A stretch of DNA of 64,000 nucleotides from Iphione sp. A-MEVVRFRX5 (taxonomy: Eukaryota). Position 1 is the stretch's first letter. Each line of letters begins with the position of its first letter. Made by a program: the position numbers and the translations under genes. Below the pieces are notes generated by a model. The model saw only the letters and a list, made by a program, of their open reading frames with translations, did no database searches and was not told where the DNA came from. The stretch spans positions 88,474,001-88,538,000 of the forward strand of contig OZ320315.1 in NCBI GenBank assembly GCA_976226885.1, in the 5' to 3' direction. Below are positions 25,090 through 37,847 of this stretch, one piece after another.

Positions 25090-25230
25090 TCTCTCTCTCT
25101 CTCTGTATTGCTTCTTCTACTTCTCCTTATTATCGCTCTATCTGTCTCTTGCCCTCTCGGTCTGTCTCTCTATTTCTATCTTTCTACCTCTGCAGGTGTT
25201 TCAATGTACTTGGAAGGGTATCTGGTAGGC
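25090..25230 (+). other. Long polypyrimidine tract with acceptor TGCAG|G (25195/25196) and a possible 29-nt exon
   Basis: About 100 nt of C/T-rich sequence ending ctctgcag, then GTGTTTCAATGTACTTGGAAGGGTATCTG|GTAGGC. The tract could simply be a decayed CT microsatellite. Confidence 0.3.
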
Positions 25231-28200
25231 AGAATTAGTCACGTGTAATAGCCACCTACTTGCAGATGTCCCAGGAATAGTAGCCGAGCTGGTACTGAAC
25301 TATTCTGAGCATAGGCTTTTTATTTAAAAAGGTTTTCAGCAGCATGGAACATGCTGATGTAACCAATGGGTTGCTCGATATTCTTTTAAGAACAGTACAC
25401 ATGTGCCAGTAAAGGAGAAACAGTTTCTATTTGCATTTTTTTAATAGTTCAAATTAGTGTTTTTTTTAGCGATCATGACACGATAATGTTTATTGCAAGG
25501 GTTCTACCTGTGCCACTTCCTGATGGGATGTTCGAAAGAAACTGTGGGTATATAAACAGTAAAATATTACTGGCTGATCGCTGAATTACGTCCTGGGGAT
25601 ATCAATAAGAATTGTCAATTATGTTTTCACCAAAGTGCATGAATGACCTAGGTCACCTATGACAGTGTTTTCATTTCTGCATGCTGCATAAAACGTGTTG
25701 TAGGCAAAAAGATGTCATGCACATTAACATTTAACTTTGTGACTTGTCAATAGTGCAATTATCTTCACAGCTGACAAAAATAGATTCTCGCTTAACTTAG
25801 AGAAGAATTGCAAATTACTTGATCAATATCAGAACAAGGTTTTCCAAAGAATTATTGTGTTAGGATAAATTTAGTAAATCATCTCATCCTACGAATGATT
25901 AAACAAAAAATGTTAACAATATATTGTGCTGCGGCATTGAAAGTGGCAGTTTTACCACTGCATATAACGGAGAAGATGGCTGCTGCATATTATCCTGCAG
26001 TGGTTATCCAGAGCCAGGCAATTTCATTTGCTGAGAATAGCCAACCAGATGATAGATACCTCTTTTTCATTCTTTTCTGTTGGTGGTTGATGGCCAGGTT
26101 AAACCTGCAGAGCTAAGATTCTGCTACTCAGTTGGCTTTGTTGAATAGCAGATGAGATATCTGTGTCAGAATACTTCACTTCTTCCATTGGATCTGTACT
26201 ACATTACTGTAATGAATTGTACAAGATCGATTCTAAATATTTCGCGACATGGCAACTAGCAGCCCTTCACAGGTACTCAGCAATAACATCTGATTGAAAA
26301 TTATGTCTAGATTTATTAAAAAGGTTTCGTACCTAACAAATGTCAAGGCATACCATTGCTTCCAGTTACCTTTTAAAAGGTTGAGATTGAATGGATTTCG
26401 CATACAGAATGGAAACATGCATAGTAAGGAAATGCATAAGACTTTTCGGTGGCTACAACAGTGAAGTTGGATAATCTCCATGCCGGCCAACAAAGGGTCT
26501 ACTGTTTTCCTAAGTAATTGCTGAATAACTTTGTGTAGCAGTCTATTGGACATAATCCACATACACAATTTCAGGAATTGTATATATCTAGGAATAGCAA
26601 CATACAGGTAAGAAATGATAGATCTATTTCATTATCTAGTCATGGATATGTACGTTCAGGACTGTGCCAACTCTGGGTCTCTTATCTCTTGTAATGTCTG
26701 GAATAATTGAATGAACAAATAATGCCATTTGAATTCGCTTTGCTGACGATTAATTCCATGAAATCTCGTCTTATAGTGGACCTTTCAGTTTCTGGCTTCC
26801 GTTGCATACTTTGCCTAAATGTTGGTTTCCAAACACCTTAGATGATATGCTGGAGGTCCCATGAATGTGATGCATGGGATATTCTAGAGGCGAACGACAC
26901 AGGGAAATTTAAACTATATACATGAACATTCATCATGTTATATACTAACCTGTTTGAAACATCCATTATTTCGTTTAACGAGACTCACTTTGTGTGCGAT
27001 TAACGTAAGAACAGTTTGAGATTACTCGACATTGAAGGAAGGATTTCATTTCCGTCCAATATTGGTGAGACTGACAAAATAAGCAAGCATTACAACAACA
27101 ACAAGTCGAGGAAGCAAAGTGGCTAAAGGGATGTTAGTGCTTACGCGACAAGGACAGGCAAGCTTAGGCGAGCGTCATCGAAACGCGGGAATTGCCAGAG
27201 AATTCCGGACTGCCTGCAGGAAAATGCTCGAGCAGCCCTGGGTTCGAGACCGCAGAGAGGAAACAGTGGAGGGGTACCACTAATGTGGGAATTGCCAGTG
27301 GATCGGATTCTTTGCCACCAGTATCTAATCACGATATATGTGTACAGCTCTCTCAGACTTGGATGTTTGAAGTGAGCGGTGTAATTACGAAACACTTAAA
27401 TAGCTGAAAGAATTAGGATTGAAGCATTGGCTCCCTCCCTTTTATACCAAATGTATGCATTTATTGTTGAGACATTCATGATAAATAAAGATTTCTAGTT
27501 GATAATTAGTGCAGAATATCACAATCTTCGTTTAAAGGGAGTTTATATTTCTCTTTGGGAGACCGACTAACAATAATCACATAAGAAATGATTTATGAGA
27601 AGGTATTTTGCATTTTGAGTAAAGTAATTGAAGATAAATATTAGTACATGTATGGGTAAGCTATTTGTGCAAAACATAAACTGGCTTTTATTCTGTATTG
27701 GTATATTCGTAGGAAGGTCCCAAAAGGGAAGGGTCAAAGGTTGTGGGGTGGCAAGCATTTTAGAGATAGGGGACATAGGGTGGAGACCTGAGCACACAGA
27801 AGAAAGATCTGTATTTATAAGGATGTAAATATGATGAAGTTTCGCCATTTAGAAGTTATTTTTCAATCTTCTGTTTACCGTAGATCCCTTTAATTCTGTC
27901 AGCACTGCGGGGAGCTAACGGTATCTGTCTTCTATGATTCAGGAAGGCGTGTTATGCTTCACCTTTTGATTAAAAAAACAAGCAGGTGTATTTTCATGGA
28001 GCACGTCACGTCCAACCGGTGTCAACGTTCGACCGTCCCCTTCTTTCACGTGTCTTTCACCATGTATTTCCGTTTAAACCTTGCAGGGTTCACCGCCAGG
28101 TGTCAGGGCGTCGGGGAAAGGTATCCCATTCGACGTTAAAATTCTGGGATAAGGGATGACATTTTGTTAAAAACAGCGGCAGCGAACAATGAGCTTCCAT

Positions 28201-29290
28201 TGTAAAGGTTCTAAAGGACTGCTTTCATTTATCACGTAGAGGGGAAGTGTGTGTGTGGATTCACGGACAAAAAGATGCAGGTCAATGCTTTCTAGGCGCC
28301 ACAATATTGTATTCACAGCTCACTTTCTTAAAAGGTTATCATTAAGTTTGAATAAGGAAAAATGAGAATGCAATATTTCATGGTCAAAAACAACATCACG
28401 CCGGCAAGAATAACATTGTCTTGAACAAAATGGTGAAAATGGTGGGAGGCATGATCACCATACTGAAGTTTCCATAGAAAATTTCCGATAAAAGAATAGA
28501 AGATAATGAATTCGTGACTACCGTCGTTTGTAGACCATACATGAATATGTCCTTGTCCGAAAAAAACTCATGCAATTAGTTTCTTAGAGACGCATTCGTG
28601 TTTCTGATTATTCTTTACTGTAATAGAATTTAGTCTGATAATTTATTGACTGATAGAAATCTGTCCCTGAGACATTTGATGTATTTTTACTCAATGCTTG
28701 CTACATCAATGCAAAAAATATACTACACTACTAACCAATGATTTATTTGGGATACAAGTATGGTAGGCCCTCACTTTCCGAAGGATGTGTATGTGTGGTG
28801 AAACTGTTTGGATATGAAGTTTGATCGGTTATTGGAATACAGACTATGATGACCTATTGTAGTTGATGGGTTCATTGGGGCCTGTGTTGTCTGCTTTGAG
28901 CACTAGTATTTAAGTAGGGAATGCCAGAGTGTCCGAACTTTAAAGAAAGACACAATCTGTTCGGGTTTACTGAATAATTTTACCTTTTTTGCTTTTACAC
29001 TTAACCAAGTGGGCCCCTCTATATTCGGATTGATGCGGGCATCAACTTTAACATAGAAAATTCAACTGTTGACCGAAAAAAGCTTTATCTATGCAGAGTA
29101 AGGCCCAGTAGTAGTGGAAAACTAATGGTTCTTGACCACTTGGTTAGTTTTCTCCTACTCCCAGTTTCCGTGAGTAAGGATTTTTTTCTGTACTGTGTGT
29201 CAAGTTTGGAAAATGGGCCCATTTCCGGGATAATCATGGAAACCGATGGATACCCAATTTCTATATGTATGGGCAGTAGAGAGGGAAAGA

Positions 29291-29294
<4 letters not shown>

Positions 29295-29348
<54 letters not shown>
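29295..29348. repeat. (GA)n microsatellite
   Basis: Read directly. Confidence 0.95.
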
Positions 29349-29352
<4 letters not shown>

Positions 29353-29354
29353 AA

Positions 29355-29535
29355 GAATGTGCTGATCTCAAGGAATTTTGTCTGATTCTCGGTGAACATT
29401 TTTTGCCATAGATCTCAAGGGATTCCATGCAAATCTATGTAAACTGCAAGATTTTTGTGCTGATTTTGAGGAATTCTGCTTAATTTTGTGTAAACGGTGA
29501 GATTTTTGCATAGATCTCAAGGAATTCTGTCCAAA
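29355..29535. repeat. Degenerate about 50-bp tandem repeat with core GATCTCAAGGAATT
   Basis: Cores at 29364, 29411, 29462 (variant) and 29513. Confidence 0.7.
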
Positions 29536-29719
29536 TATTTCAAGTTTTTTTATGGAAATGATATGAAATTTACAAAATATTCCACTTCACTACTCAGTGT
29601 TTTCCCTCTTAAAACACCTACATGTATTTCAGTATGCTACTAGTCCATGGACATACGTGATGTGAAAAAAATTAACATGATCCTTTTTCTCTGGACCCCT
29701 CCGCACCATGTACCATGCG

Positions 29720-29826
29720 CTATGTACACATGGAAACACCCCTATTTGTTCTCATAAAATCATTTTTTCTGGAGACACACATCCACGTGCAGATATAAAG
29801 TCTGGATACATGGAAGCCAGGCCTAA
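29720..29826. mobile_element. Second copy of the Harbinger-like terminus seen at 6677-6699
   Basis: GTACACATGGAAAC at 29724-29737 is identical to 6677-6690; the copy ends ACATGGAAGCCAGGCC-TAA. Confidence 0.4.
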
Positions 29827-30363
29827 TGGAGAGTTGGGTAAGCACATACACGCAGTAGAAATTAAGTTAAAGACCAGATCGCAGAGGAGACTAAACTAGA
29901 GTAGAGACAAGATCTCTAAGACAATATAGTTCTTTTTCCCTGTATGCAGAGCATGTTTAATGACACCAAACCGTGGGAGAGATCAAAATAGCTCGGTCTC
30001 GGTCCTATCTCCTACTTGGGTCTTAATTGTAGGTGTATTTTGTGTCATGGAACCATGATATATTACAGATCAGGTCATGACGGTCAAAGGCTTTTTAGGG
30101 AGAAGGTTAAAGACCTTTGACAGTTCTGTTCATACTGATAAATTCTAATAATTTCATGATAGCAGGAGAAAATGTTATCGTTAAGATAAGCTCGAACGAG
30201 AACCAGTAATTAATGTCCGTTTTTCTACGATGCTTTACTCTGTTCTTCTCTGGAAACATTTTCTCATCATCACATTGCCATTTACATGTACAATTTCGTA
30301 ACAGAATGTAATAAAGGTAGCATCGCCTGATTAGCGTCAGTGTCCCTTCGTTACGACACAGAG

Positions 30364-30377
30364 GTTGCCATGGTAAC
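30364..30377. promoter_or_regulatory. Consensus RFX X-box
   Basis: GTTGCCATGGTAAC. Confidence 0.55.
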
Positions 30378-30568
30378 ATCGTACTGCCAGCTTAGTCCGA
30401 CAGTCAATCAGTAATTAATAATCTTTCTGTCGTAGCTAACTTTCCGACTCGTATTTCTCCACACGAGGAGTGTTCCATATTTTTGTTTTTAGGTTTCTAC
30501 CGTGTGCTGCGATGAAAGTTCGAGCTAGTTTGTTACGTAAATATATCACGGTGAAGACAAATTGGTAG

Positions 30569-30716
30569 NNNNNNNNNNNNNNNNNNNNNNNNNNNNNNNN
30601 NNNNNNNNNNNNNNNNNNNNNNNNNNNNNNNNNNNNNNNNNNNNNNNNNNNNNNNNNNNNNNNNNNNNNNNNNNNNNNNNNNNNNNNNNNNNNNNNNNNN
30701 NNNNNNNNNNNNNNNN
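30569..30716. other. Assembly gap (N run)
   Basis: N characters. Confidence 1.
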
Positions 30717-30847
30717 GAGGCATTCGCGGAAACGTTTTTCTATTTGCATACTTCAAATGCTGCTGCCTTTTGCTGGAGCCGGAGTGCGCATGTCACTGAC
30801 AGGAAACGATGCATTGTGGGTACAGTCTATGCCTACGGCCAGCGGTC

Positions 30848-30862
30848 AGCGCCCCCTGGCCT
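30848..30862 (-). promoter_or_regulatory. CTCF-like motif (reverse orientation)
   Basis: Minus strand reads AGGCCAGGGGGCGCT. Confidence 0.4.
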
Positions 30863-31050
30863 GTCGATGGCCCGTGGTTCCACTCGGAGTCTCCCCCCGC
30901 CTTTCTCGGAAATATCATTTGACAGCTAGCACTGATTTCCATCTATATGCAGATGCTGACGACGTGTGCATCACCTTGAGGCCAAACGACGGTTCCATCC
31001 TTCAGGAGTCGCCGGAGACTTGATCCTTGACTTACTCTAACGTAGCCGAA

Positions 31051-31053
<3 letters not shown>

Positions 31054-31112
<59 letters not shown>
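31054..31112. repeat. Compound (CT)n(CA)n microsatellite
   Basis: Read directly. Confidence 0.95.
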
Positions 31113-33794
31113 GACAGAGTGTCTCTCCCCCGAAGTGAGCAGTTGACTGTGAATTAGCCCTGGCACCTGAGTGTTTGGTTATGTGACATTCAGTGGCTTG
31201 CACTTCTTTATTGTAGGTCCCCACCTGCCTCTGTGGTGAGATATTACCACCCTGAAGGTGTCATTCCGCAGGACTTTAAATAGCACACTAAAAGATCGAG
31301 CCGGATCTTAAAAGGAATTCAATAGACTTTAATGGTGGCGGTATAATTTTCTGTCCTACGTATATAGCGACAAAGAAAACGGGGGAGGCAAGAATAAACG
31401 AGATCCGTACGTGACAGGAATTTGTAAAAAGTAAATGGACAGAGAAATTTTGAACAACCAGAAGCAACTCCGTGTACTTCTGAGCTAGTCGTTACGCTAC
31501 TGACGTTACTGTGTTTCTATTAGCCCATCACTGGCAGGTGAAACAGCCTGTTACAGCGCGACATTTACAAGAAGTCCCGGAAATAGTACAATTCCACTGG
31601 GAGATGATCTATCATGACGTCACTAAAGGCAAAATGTATACTCCGTTGAAGCGGGGGTGGTTAACACTCTGGAGATACCGCAGTTACAGGTGCAGGAGTT
31701 CCACGCCGACTTAATCGTGTTTTGGAAGTCACTTAATAGACACGTTAAAGCGGTCGACATCTTTTGCGCTCTTTTGCTTAAATCCCCAGAAGGCAGCCAG
31801 CTCTCGGCGCCTCTTTCAATGAGCCCGCGTCGATAATAATGGCTCGCCTATATACGTCGCATTCGATGCCATCATCGAGTGATGTCGGCTTGCCTTTTGG
31901 TTTACGGCGCAGAATATATCTGTGATGACGTGTAGGGAATTGGAGGTCAACAGTCAGATCGCCTCATCATCCCCTCCGCCCCTCCCGCTAGTCCCCCCCC
32001 CCCTCCCATCTTGCCACTCCCGAGTGCCCAACTAAAATACAGCTCCGAGAGGCACGTTGAGTAATTGCTGGGTGAGGCATTCTGGGGATGCCCGCCTAAT
32101 GGGGCGATGTGCTTTGAGCGGCGCCGAGGGCCGACAGGCCGAACCGACGGAGGCCTGCGGGTCGCCTTCGCTCACCGCAGTTTGGTTGGCAGGATTTCAG
32201 ACATTTCATTGTCTTTAGATGACAGGATTACGCCAAAGGTCACCGAGGCCAATCTAATTTTTTTCGACCTTTTATCTAGGAAAGCCATTGTTTGATGCCG
32301 ATTAGCGCATATGTAATTGCCTTTTCAGGCCTGTGTCTTTCCTAACTGGCCTCGGTGTATGTGGTCGATTAGGTCTTGACTTCAAACATACAAGCTAATG
32401 TTCTGGCCAACAATATTCGTTTTTTTGTACTTCTTATTTAGACATCTGCTTCCAGGGATCTTCTGTTTCCTATTTTTATTGAAGAAATGGAAAGGAAATG
32501 AGAAAATATCATTTTAATTCCGACAACGGCAAGAATATTCACTAGTAATTTCTCTACTATACTTATCCTGGATACTGACATATAAGTACAAAAGGAAATC
32601 TAAAAATGCTAGCAGTTTGATGCCCTAGAAAAAGTAAAGTGATCCTTGTGCAGAAATAGTGATCTCAGTCGAAGAGAAAGTGATCACCGGATTGAGAAAA
32701 GCTTTCATGATAAAATGTGCACTTGTTGCCCCTAAAACGTATCTTATTTATATTTTTAGGTGATGTGTGCATATTTTAAAGCTTTATGTAGGAAGAAGTA
32801 TCTGATGACAAGCCTTGCAATTACTCACAGCCGTTTATACAATTTTGTTCGTTGTAGATACTTGATACAACAGGATATTTGAAAACCTACACATGCTACA
32901 AATAATGACAAAAGCGGGCCGTTCTATAAGTGCGCATTAATATAAATTGTTTTTATATGTGTCAGCATATTCGATAGTACAGGTACATGCGGTCTGAGAT
33001 CTATATTCAAACTGCACAGATGTATAGAAGTTGATAACCACGTTATCGAAAAGTGTTAAGGAAGCATATGTAAAATAAAAAAAGAAACACTAGAATATCC
33101 GAATCACATTGCCACTAAATTTTTCATACTGGGTTTCCTTGCCGGTCCCAGGCCCGAGAGACTAGGTTAGGCGTATCCGTTCTAGGGCCCACCACCTTCC
33201 TAATAGGCTAGCTAGAAAAATCCCCGTAGGTTTCTTTCCGATCAGTCCGACTAATTCAATAACCTTTATTCTGTTCCAAATTGCCTTAGCGATTAGGGAT
33301 CAATAACAGTTATCATCGAATATACAAACACTCGCTGGATGACTGCCAGACATGCGACTACCCCATCAGATCGTTTGTCAAGAAGCCAGTGGTGGGAGGG
33401 TCGGTGGGTGGGTAGGAGTGAGGGGGGGCGGGGGTGAAGCACACGGTACCTAGGGGGCCAACACTTGGCAGTCAGGTGATCAGTCGGGGAGATGCCGTGA
33501 CCTGACTTGTACGATTTCGGTTCTGGATATGCGTATTTCCTGGACTTTCTCCCACACACCTTTCGTCGGCCAAGGTGGAGCGCCGGTCAGGGTGGCGCTG
33601 CATGTCTTGTTCGTTCCTAACGCCACCGCTAGGAGTACCAACGCCATCACGGCAGCAGCTAAACCCACCATAACTCCTTATGTTGATCTAAGCGGCTTTA
33701 ATGACTTGCTAGCATGGGGGGAGTAGCAAAGAGCAGTTTAGCACAGCCCGCAGTAATTGTTGCCTGGCACGCAAATAAGCGTTGCTCAATGAGC

Positions 33795-33904
33795 AAGTCG
33801 CATGCGATCTCTCGCGTATGACGAGAATACATGACGTCACACGTGACGAGCATCTGAGGAATGTTCGTATGAGTTAGACGAAGACTCTTCGAAGACAGGT
33901 ACTG
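33795..33904 (+). promoter_or_regulatory. Promoter-like motif cluster followed by a donor site
   Basis: CGCATGCG (33799), TCTCGCG, TGACGTCA (33832), CACGTGAC (33840), then CAG|GTACTG at 33899. Confidence 0.35.
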
Positions 33905-34599
33905 CAAACGGATGTCGTTTCAATTCAAATGATCACGCTTCTGAGGGTTAAACCTCGAAGGCAAACGACCTATACTCTGCTTCTGACAAGGGGAGTGTAG
34001 TCAATGATGATATTGTCATGTTAACAAAGCATTCGACATCGGGACCACTTTCTCTATTGCGTGAAAACAGTGAGACAACAATATCAGGCAGTTCGGAAGG
34101 AAATAGTTGGAGGGCATCGGAAAAGGACTTGTCTATTGACTTATCCAGACAGTGTGGAGGGGAAATGGCTGGCACAATCAAAGATTATCACACGGAAGTT
34201 GCTTTTTTACGCTCACATTGATAAGATACGATAGTGATACTAGAAATCAATTCGGGCATTCCTCGAATGTATGCTACAAATAGTGCAAAAAAAGAGGTGG
34301 AATAGAAAGAAATAAGAAGGACCGTTGCACACATCGTTGATATATATATATATATATATTGTGTATATAAGCGCCTAGCCATCAGGACACAGATAAAACG
34401 TCGGAGAGAGACAGGCTGATTCTAACCAGTAAAGGGACGAGGCGTGGCCGCACTCCGGAAAACCTCTCCAGACCATACCGATTAGTGCGACGAAGTGAAC
34501 ACATACATCGCCGCTTGAACCCTATCTGTCAACAAGGCAAGCCGATGCGTGTGAGTGAGCGTTGAGGTCTTGACGGGAGATGTTTGTCCACACCAGAGA

Positions 34600-34864
34600 G
34601 GGGGAGGGGAGGAGGCGGGGGAGCGGTTTAGCTAACTCGATGCCGGTGCAACCGCGTTGGCCCAGTTCCTTTTGTGCATTGACAGCCCACCGTGAATCTG
34701 ATTGGCTAATAATTCCCCAGCCCTGTCGGCGGTAGGATAGGCCATCTCCCCTCCGAGATCGGCGCGGGCCACCCTTGACTGGAGCCGACCCGACCCGGAC
34801 GACCCCGAGAGCAAGACAGGAAAGTCATCACCGGTGTCCTCCGTGCGAGCAGCTCCTGGTAGGC
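34600..34864 (+). promoter_or_regulatory. Candidate promoter with a non-coding first exon
   Basis: GC box GGAGGCGGGG (34611), TGACAG (34680), CTGATTGGCT (34698), a CpG-rich run, and donor CTG|GTAGGC at 34859. Confidence 0.4.
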
Positions 34865-35103
34865 GTCTGTAAATAGGCTCAGTCGTCTGGCCAAGCCAAG
34901 ATACTCGATGATGATGGCGACGTTTGGCGCCGAAGATGGTGCGCCCACGCCCTCTTCTCGTGCCAAACGTGGCTATGCTGATTGAGCGCGAGTTCGCTAG
35001 GGGTCATTTGTAAGTCTGCTCGGCATAAGTCTTAGTTATCGACGAGCGCGTGGATAAAACGGACGGGCGGCGGAGGGCGGGCGGGTCAAGGACTTGGGTG
35101 AAT

Positions 35104-35135
35104 GGGGTTGGGTGGGTCGGGTGGGCGGGTGGGGG
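35104..35135 (+). other. Strong G-quadruplex-forming motif (seven G-runs)
   Basis: GGGGTTGGGTGGGTCGGGTGGGCGGGTGGGGG. Confidence 0.7.
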
Positions 35136-36416
35136 AGGTAGTGGGTACTACCGGAGGGGATTTATGGTCAGCGCTGGTCTGAGGGTCATTCTGAGTAATT
35201 CACTCCGGCGGGCCGTCACGCCGATAGGGCCCCACACCGACGCGGGTCTCACAAAGCTGAGGCCCTGATAGCACCTCCCTACCATCCCACCAACGCCCCA
35301 GGCCAGCTGATACTGCATGCAGAGGCGTCACTCTTTTTGGCTTGCTAATATCTATCCCGCCAGAGCCACGGCAATTACCATAAAGGCATACTGCCAGTTT
35401 ACTCCAACCCTGATACGGAACTCATTTCAAAACATTTTTAATCATAGAAAAGAAATCCACATGCGATTGTAGGGGGCGAGAAACTCATTTTCAATCCGTG
35501 CACACATGTATTTCACCCTCAGAACGGTTCTTTTTCCTTTACCCGTTAGAAGTTTACCCTCTTCGACTGGCGAGAGGAACCAGTTGTCAGTTCTTTTTTG
35601 GGGGGGAAGGGGGGGAGGAAAAGGCACCTAGGGCGTGGTCATAAAATCAATAGGAAACGTCTAATCACCAAGGGCGCTTCTGTGGAGATGTATCCAGCGG
35701 CAAAAAGAGATTGAAAGTGACACACACGTCCGGTGGATGGGAGAAGGGGCGACTGAGGGGCTGCCTGTCACTGTACCCCCATTTCCATGTACTACTCGGA
35801 CAACTCTCACGCCAGGCCGGATTATTTGATTTCGTCGTGGGCCTTGTTTTGGGCCATCTTTTATGTAGTCACTTTCCCTTAATTCTTAATGCGATCAGAA
35901 CAAGTTGGCGTTTGATTATTTAACGTGTTTTTATTTTAATTATAGATTGTACCGAGGTAGCATTCGGAAAACATGAATCTTCTAGCATTTCGAGTACTTT
36001 GGTATCTTGGCTAACCATCGCACGGTACCACAGATAGGTATCTCTTACTGAGTGCCTTCTATCTCACTAACGAGGTACATTTCAGTGAACGAGGCCCAAT
36101 AAAATTAGCACCAATTAGCAGGCAGCACTTTACAGTTACAGCTACCCTCAAGTACATACATCTAGGTCGATGTATGATATTCCGCGCTGAATCTATTTGC
36201 TCCCTTCTGTGTATAAACAGGCTAAGTAGGTTATCATCAGGACTGAGCACCTCTGAGTGGCTCACTGGTTTAGAACAGGGTTCATTACAGGACGGAACAA
36301 GAGCGGGTAGTCGGTAAAAGGGGGAGTAATGCAAACAGCACCTGTGACGGGGGCCCCAAACTCTCATGAGCCAGAAACTACCTAACGAGGCAACGGCTGA
36401 GAGAGAAGGGGTGCGG

Positions 36417-36448
36417 AAAAGGTCAGCCTAATCCCCCTTTGACCTTTT
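36417..36448. promoter_or_regulatory. Inverted pair of extended nuclear-receptor half-sites flanking a TAATCC site
   Basis: AAAAGGTCA-gccTAATCCccctt-TGACCTTTT. Confidence 0.45.
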
Positions 36449-37847
36449 GGAAAAATCTTGTTTCGGGAGTCCATGGTTTCATATTATTCGACAACATCGG
36501 CTTTGTCGTGAAAACAAACATCTGGAAGGCCGGAGCATCTCTGTGAACGGAGACGGGTGAAGCGAACACTGCACAAGGCATGTTGCACAGGCCGGAGCAA
36601 TCGGCTTAAAGGCGACACCCGCGAATCGATTCTCAAAACATTAGGTTTGTGCGGAGACGGTCGCCCCGGCTTTCAGTGGCAATAGTGCCACTCAGTGTAC
36701 CTCTCCGGCTCATTTTTGTTCTCAAACGACCGCCGTCAGCGGTCTGAAAGGGCCCGCCTTTGATGTTAGAACGGTGGCAATATGACGAACCTATTGTACT
36801 ACACTTCAAGAGTTCAACTCCAGACCTTTTGATTCGTTGACAAAAGTACTCCTAGGAAAACCTCAAGGACATTGCCTACTGAATGGCGGAGGGGTAGAAT
36901 GAGCTGGGACGGAGTGGGCTGGTGCTGGTATTTTAGTCAGTTTTTTTCCCTGTTATGTCTGCTGTTCAAATTTGGCTGGCTTTCTATTGATCGGGATGGG
37001 ACAAAATGGTAAAGATACCAAGTCTATGAAACGCACAATTCTTTATAGCGGCAAACCCAGACAGACAGCGCTGACAGCCACAAATCATGAAGTTACTGCT
37101 GAACGCCATACAAGGCTACCATACAATTGTAACGCACTGTTGCTTGTAAACGTATTTGATATCCCCATACATCAACTGACATGAGTATAAACATTACTAT
37201 CATAACGTCATAGCAAGGCTCAGTGTGCTTTAAGTAACTAGACACCTGCCTGAAAAAAAACACTCATGTATTTCCGCCATTTTGGTCCATGGGTTTTTTC
37301 TCGTTTTCCCTTGAAACATATCCTCGTTATGTCAATCGCACTTGGCTCCATTTGTCAACACACCCCTGACTCCTCCATCACCCCCCCCCCCAACGCCGTC
37401 CTGCCTCCCAACCCCAGCCCCCCTGCCCTCTCACATGTCGTTGACTTTAAGTGTTATCCAGAGGCGGAAGACCCTTTATCCGGACCATCGATCATTTCAC
37501 ACCAGCGACCTGACCTCGACATAGCCCTACAATCTCCACCAGAGGGTCCATCAATGAGCTCTCCCTACCGCTGCGAATCGATTGAATAATTTATTTGTAC
37601 AGTGATTTAATTGGCGGACCTTGAATCAAAGAGGCCGTGTATTGCATCAGTGGCCTGACCTGGCACGGGGAGGGGCGCGGGACGGTGTGAGGCCGAAGAA
37701 AGCAGCGGCATAAGTAGGTGCGGGGCTCTTATACCCGGGCGTATGCCATGTGTTTCCATCAGACTGATTAACGGCTAACCTGTTGTCCAGGAGCTGCACC
37801 TCCTCCCGCTCAGACCTTGGAGAAGGCGTGGGGGCGTCGTGCGTGAA

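Noticed and set aside
27242-27251. Pol III B-box-like GTTCGAGAC (tRNA or SINE)
   Set aside because: No A-box at proper spacing and no cloverleaf.
30831-30841. GCCTACGGCCA, identical to the 5' end of animal 5S rRNA
   Set aside because: The match stops after 11 nt; no internal control region follows.
30436-31023. ORFs spanning the N gaps (also 44549-44922)
   Set aside because: Artefacts of undetermined bases.
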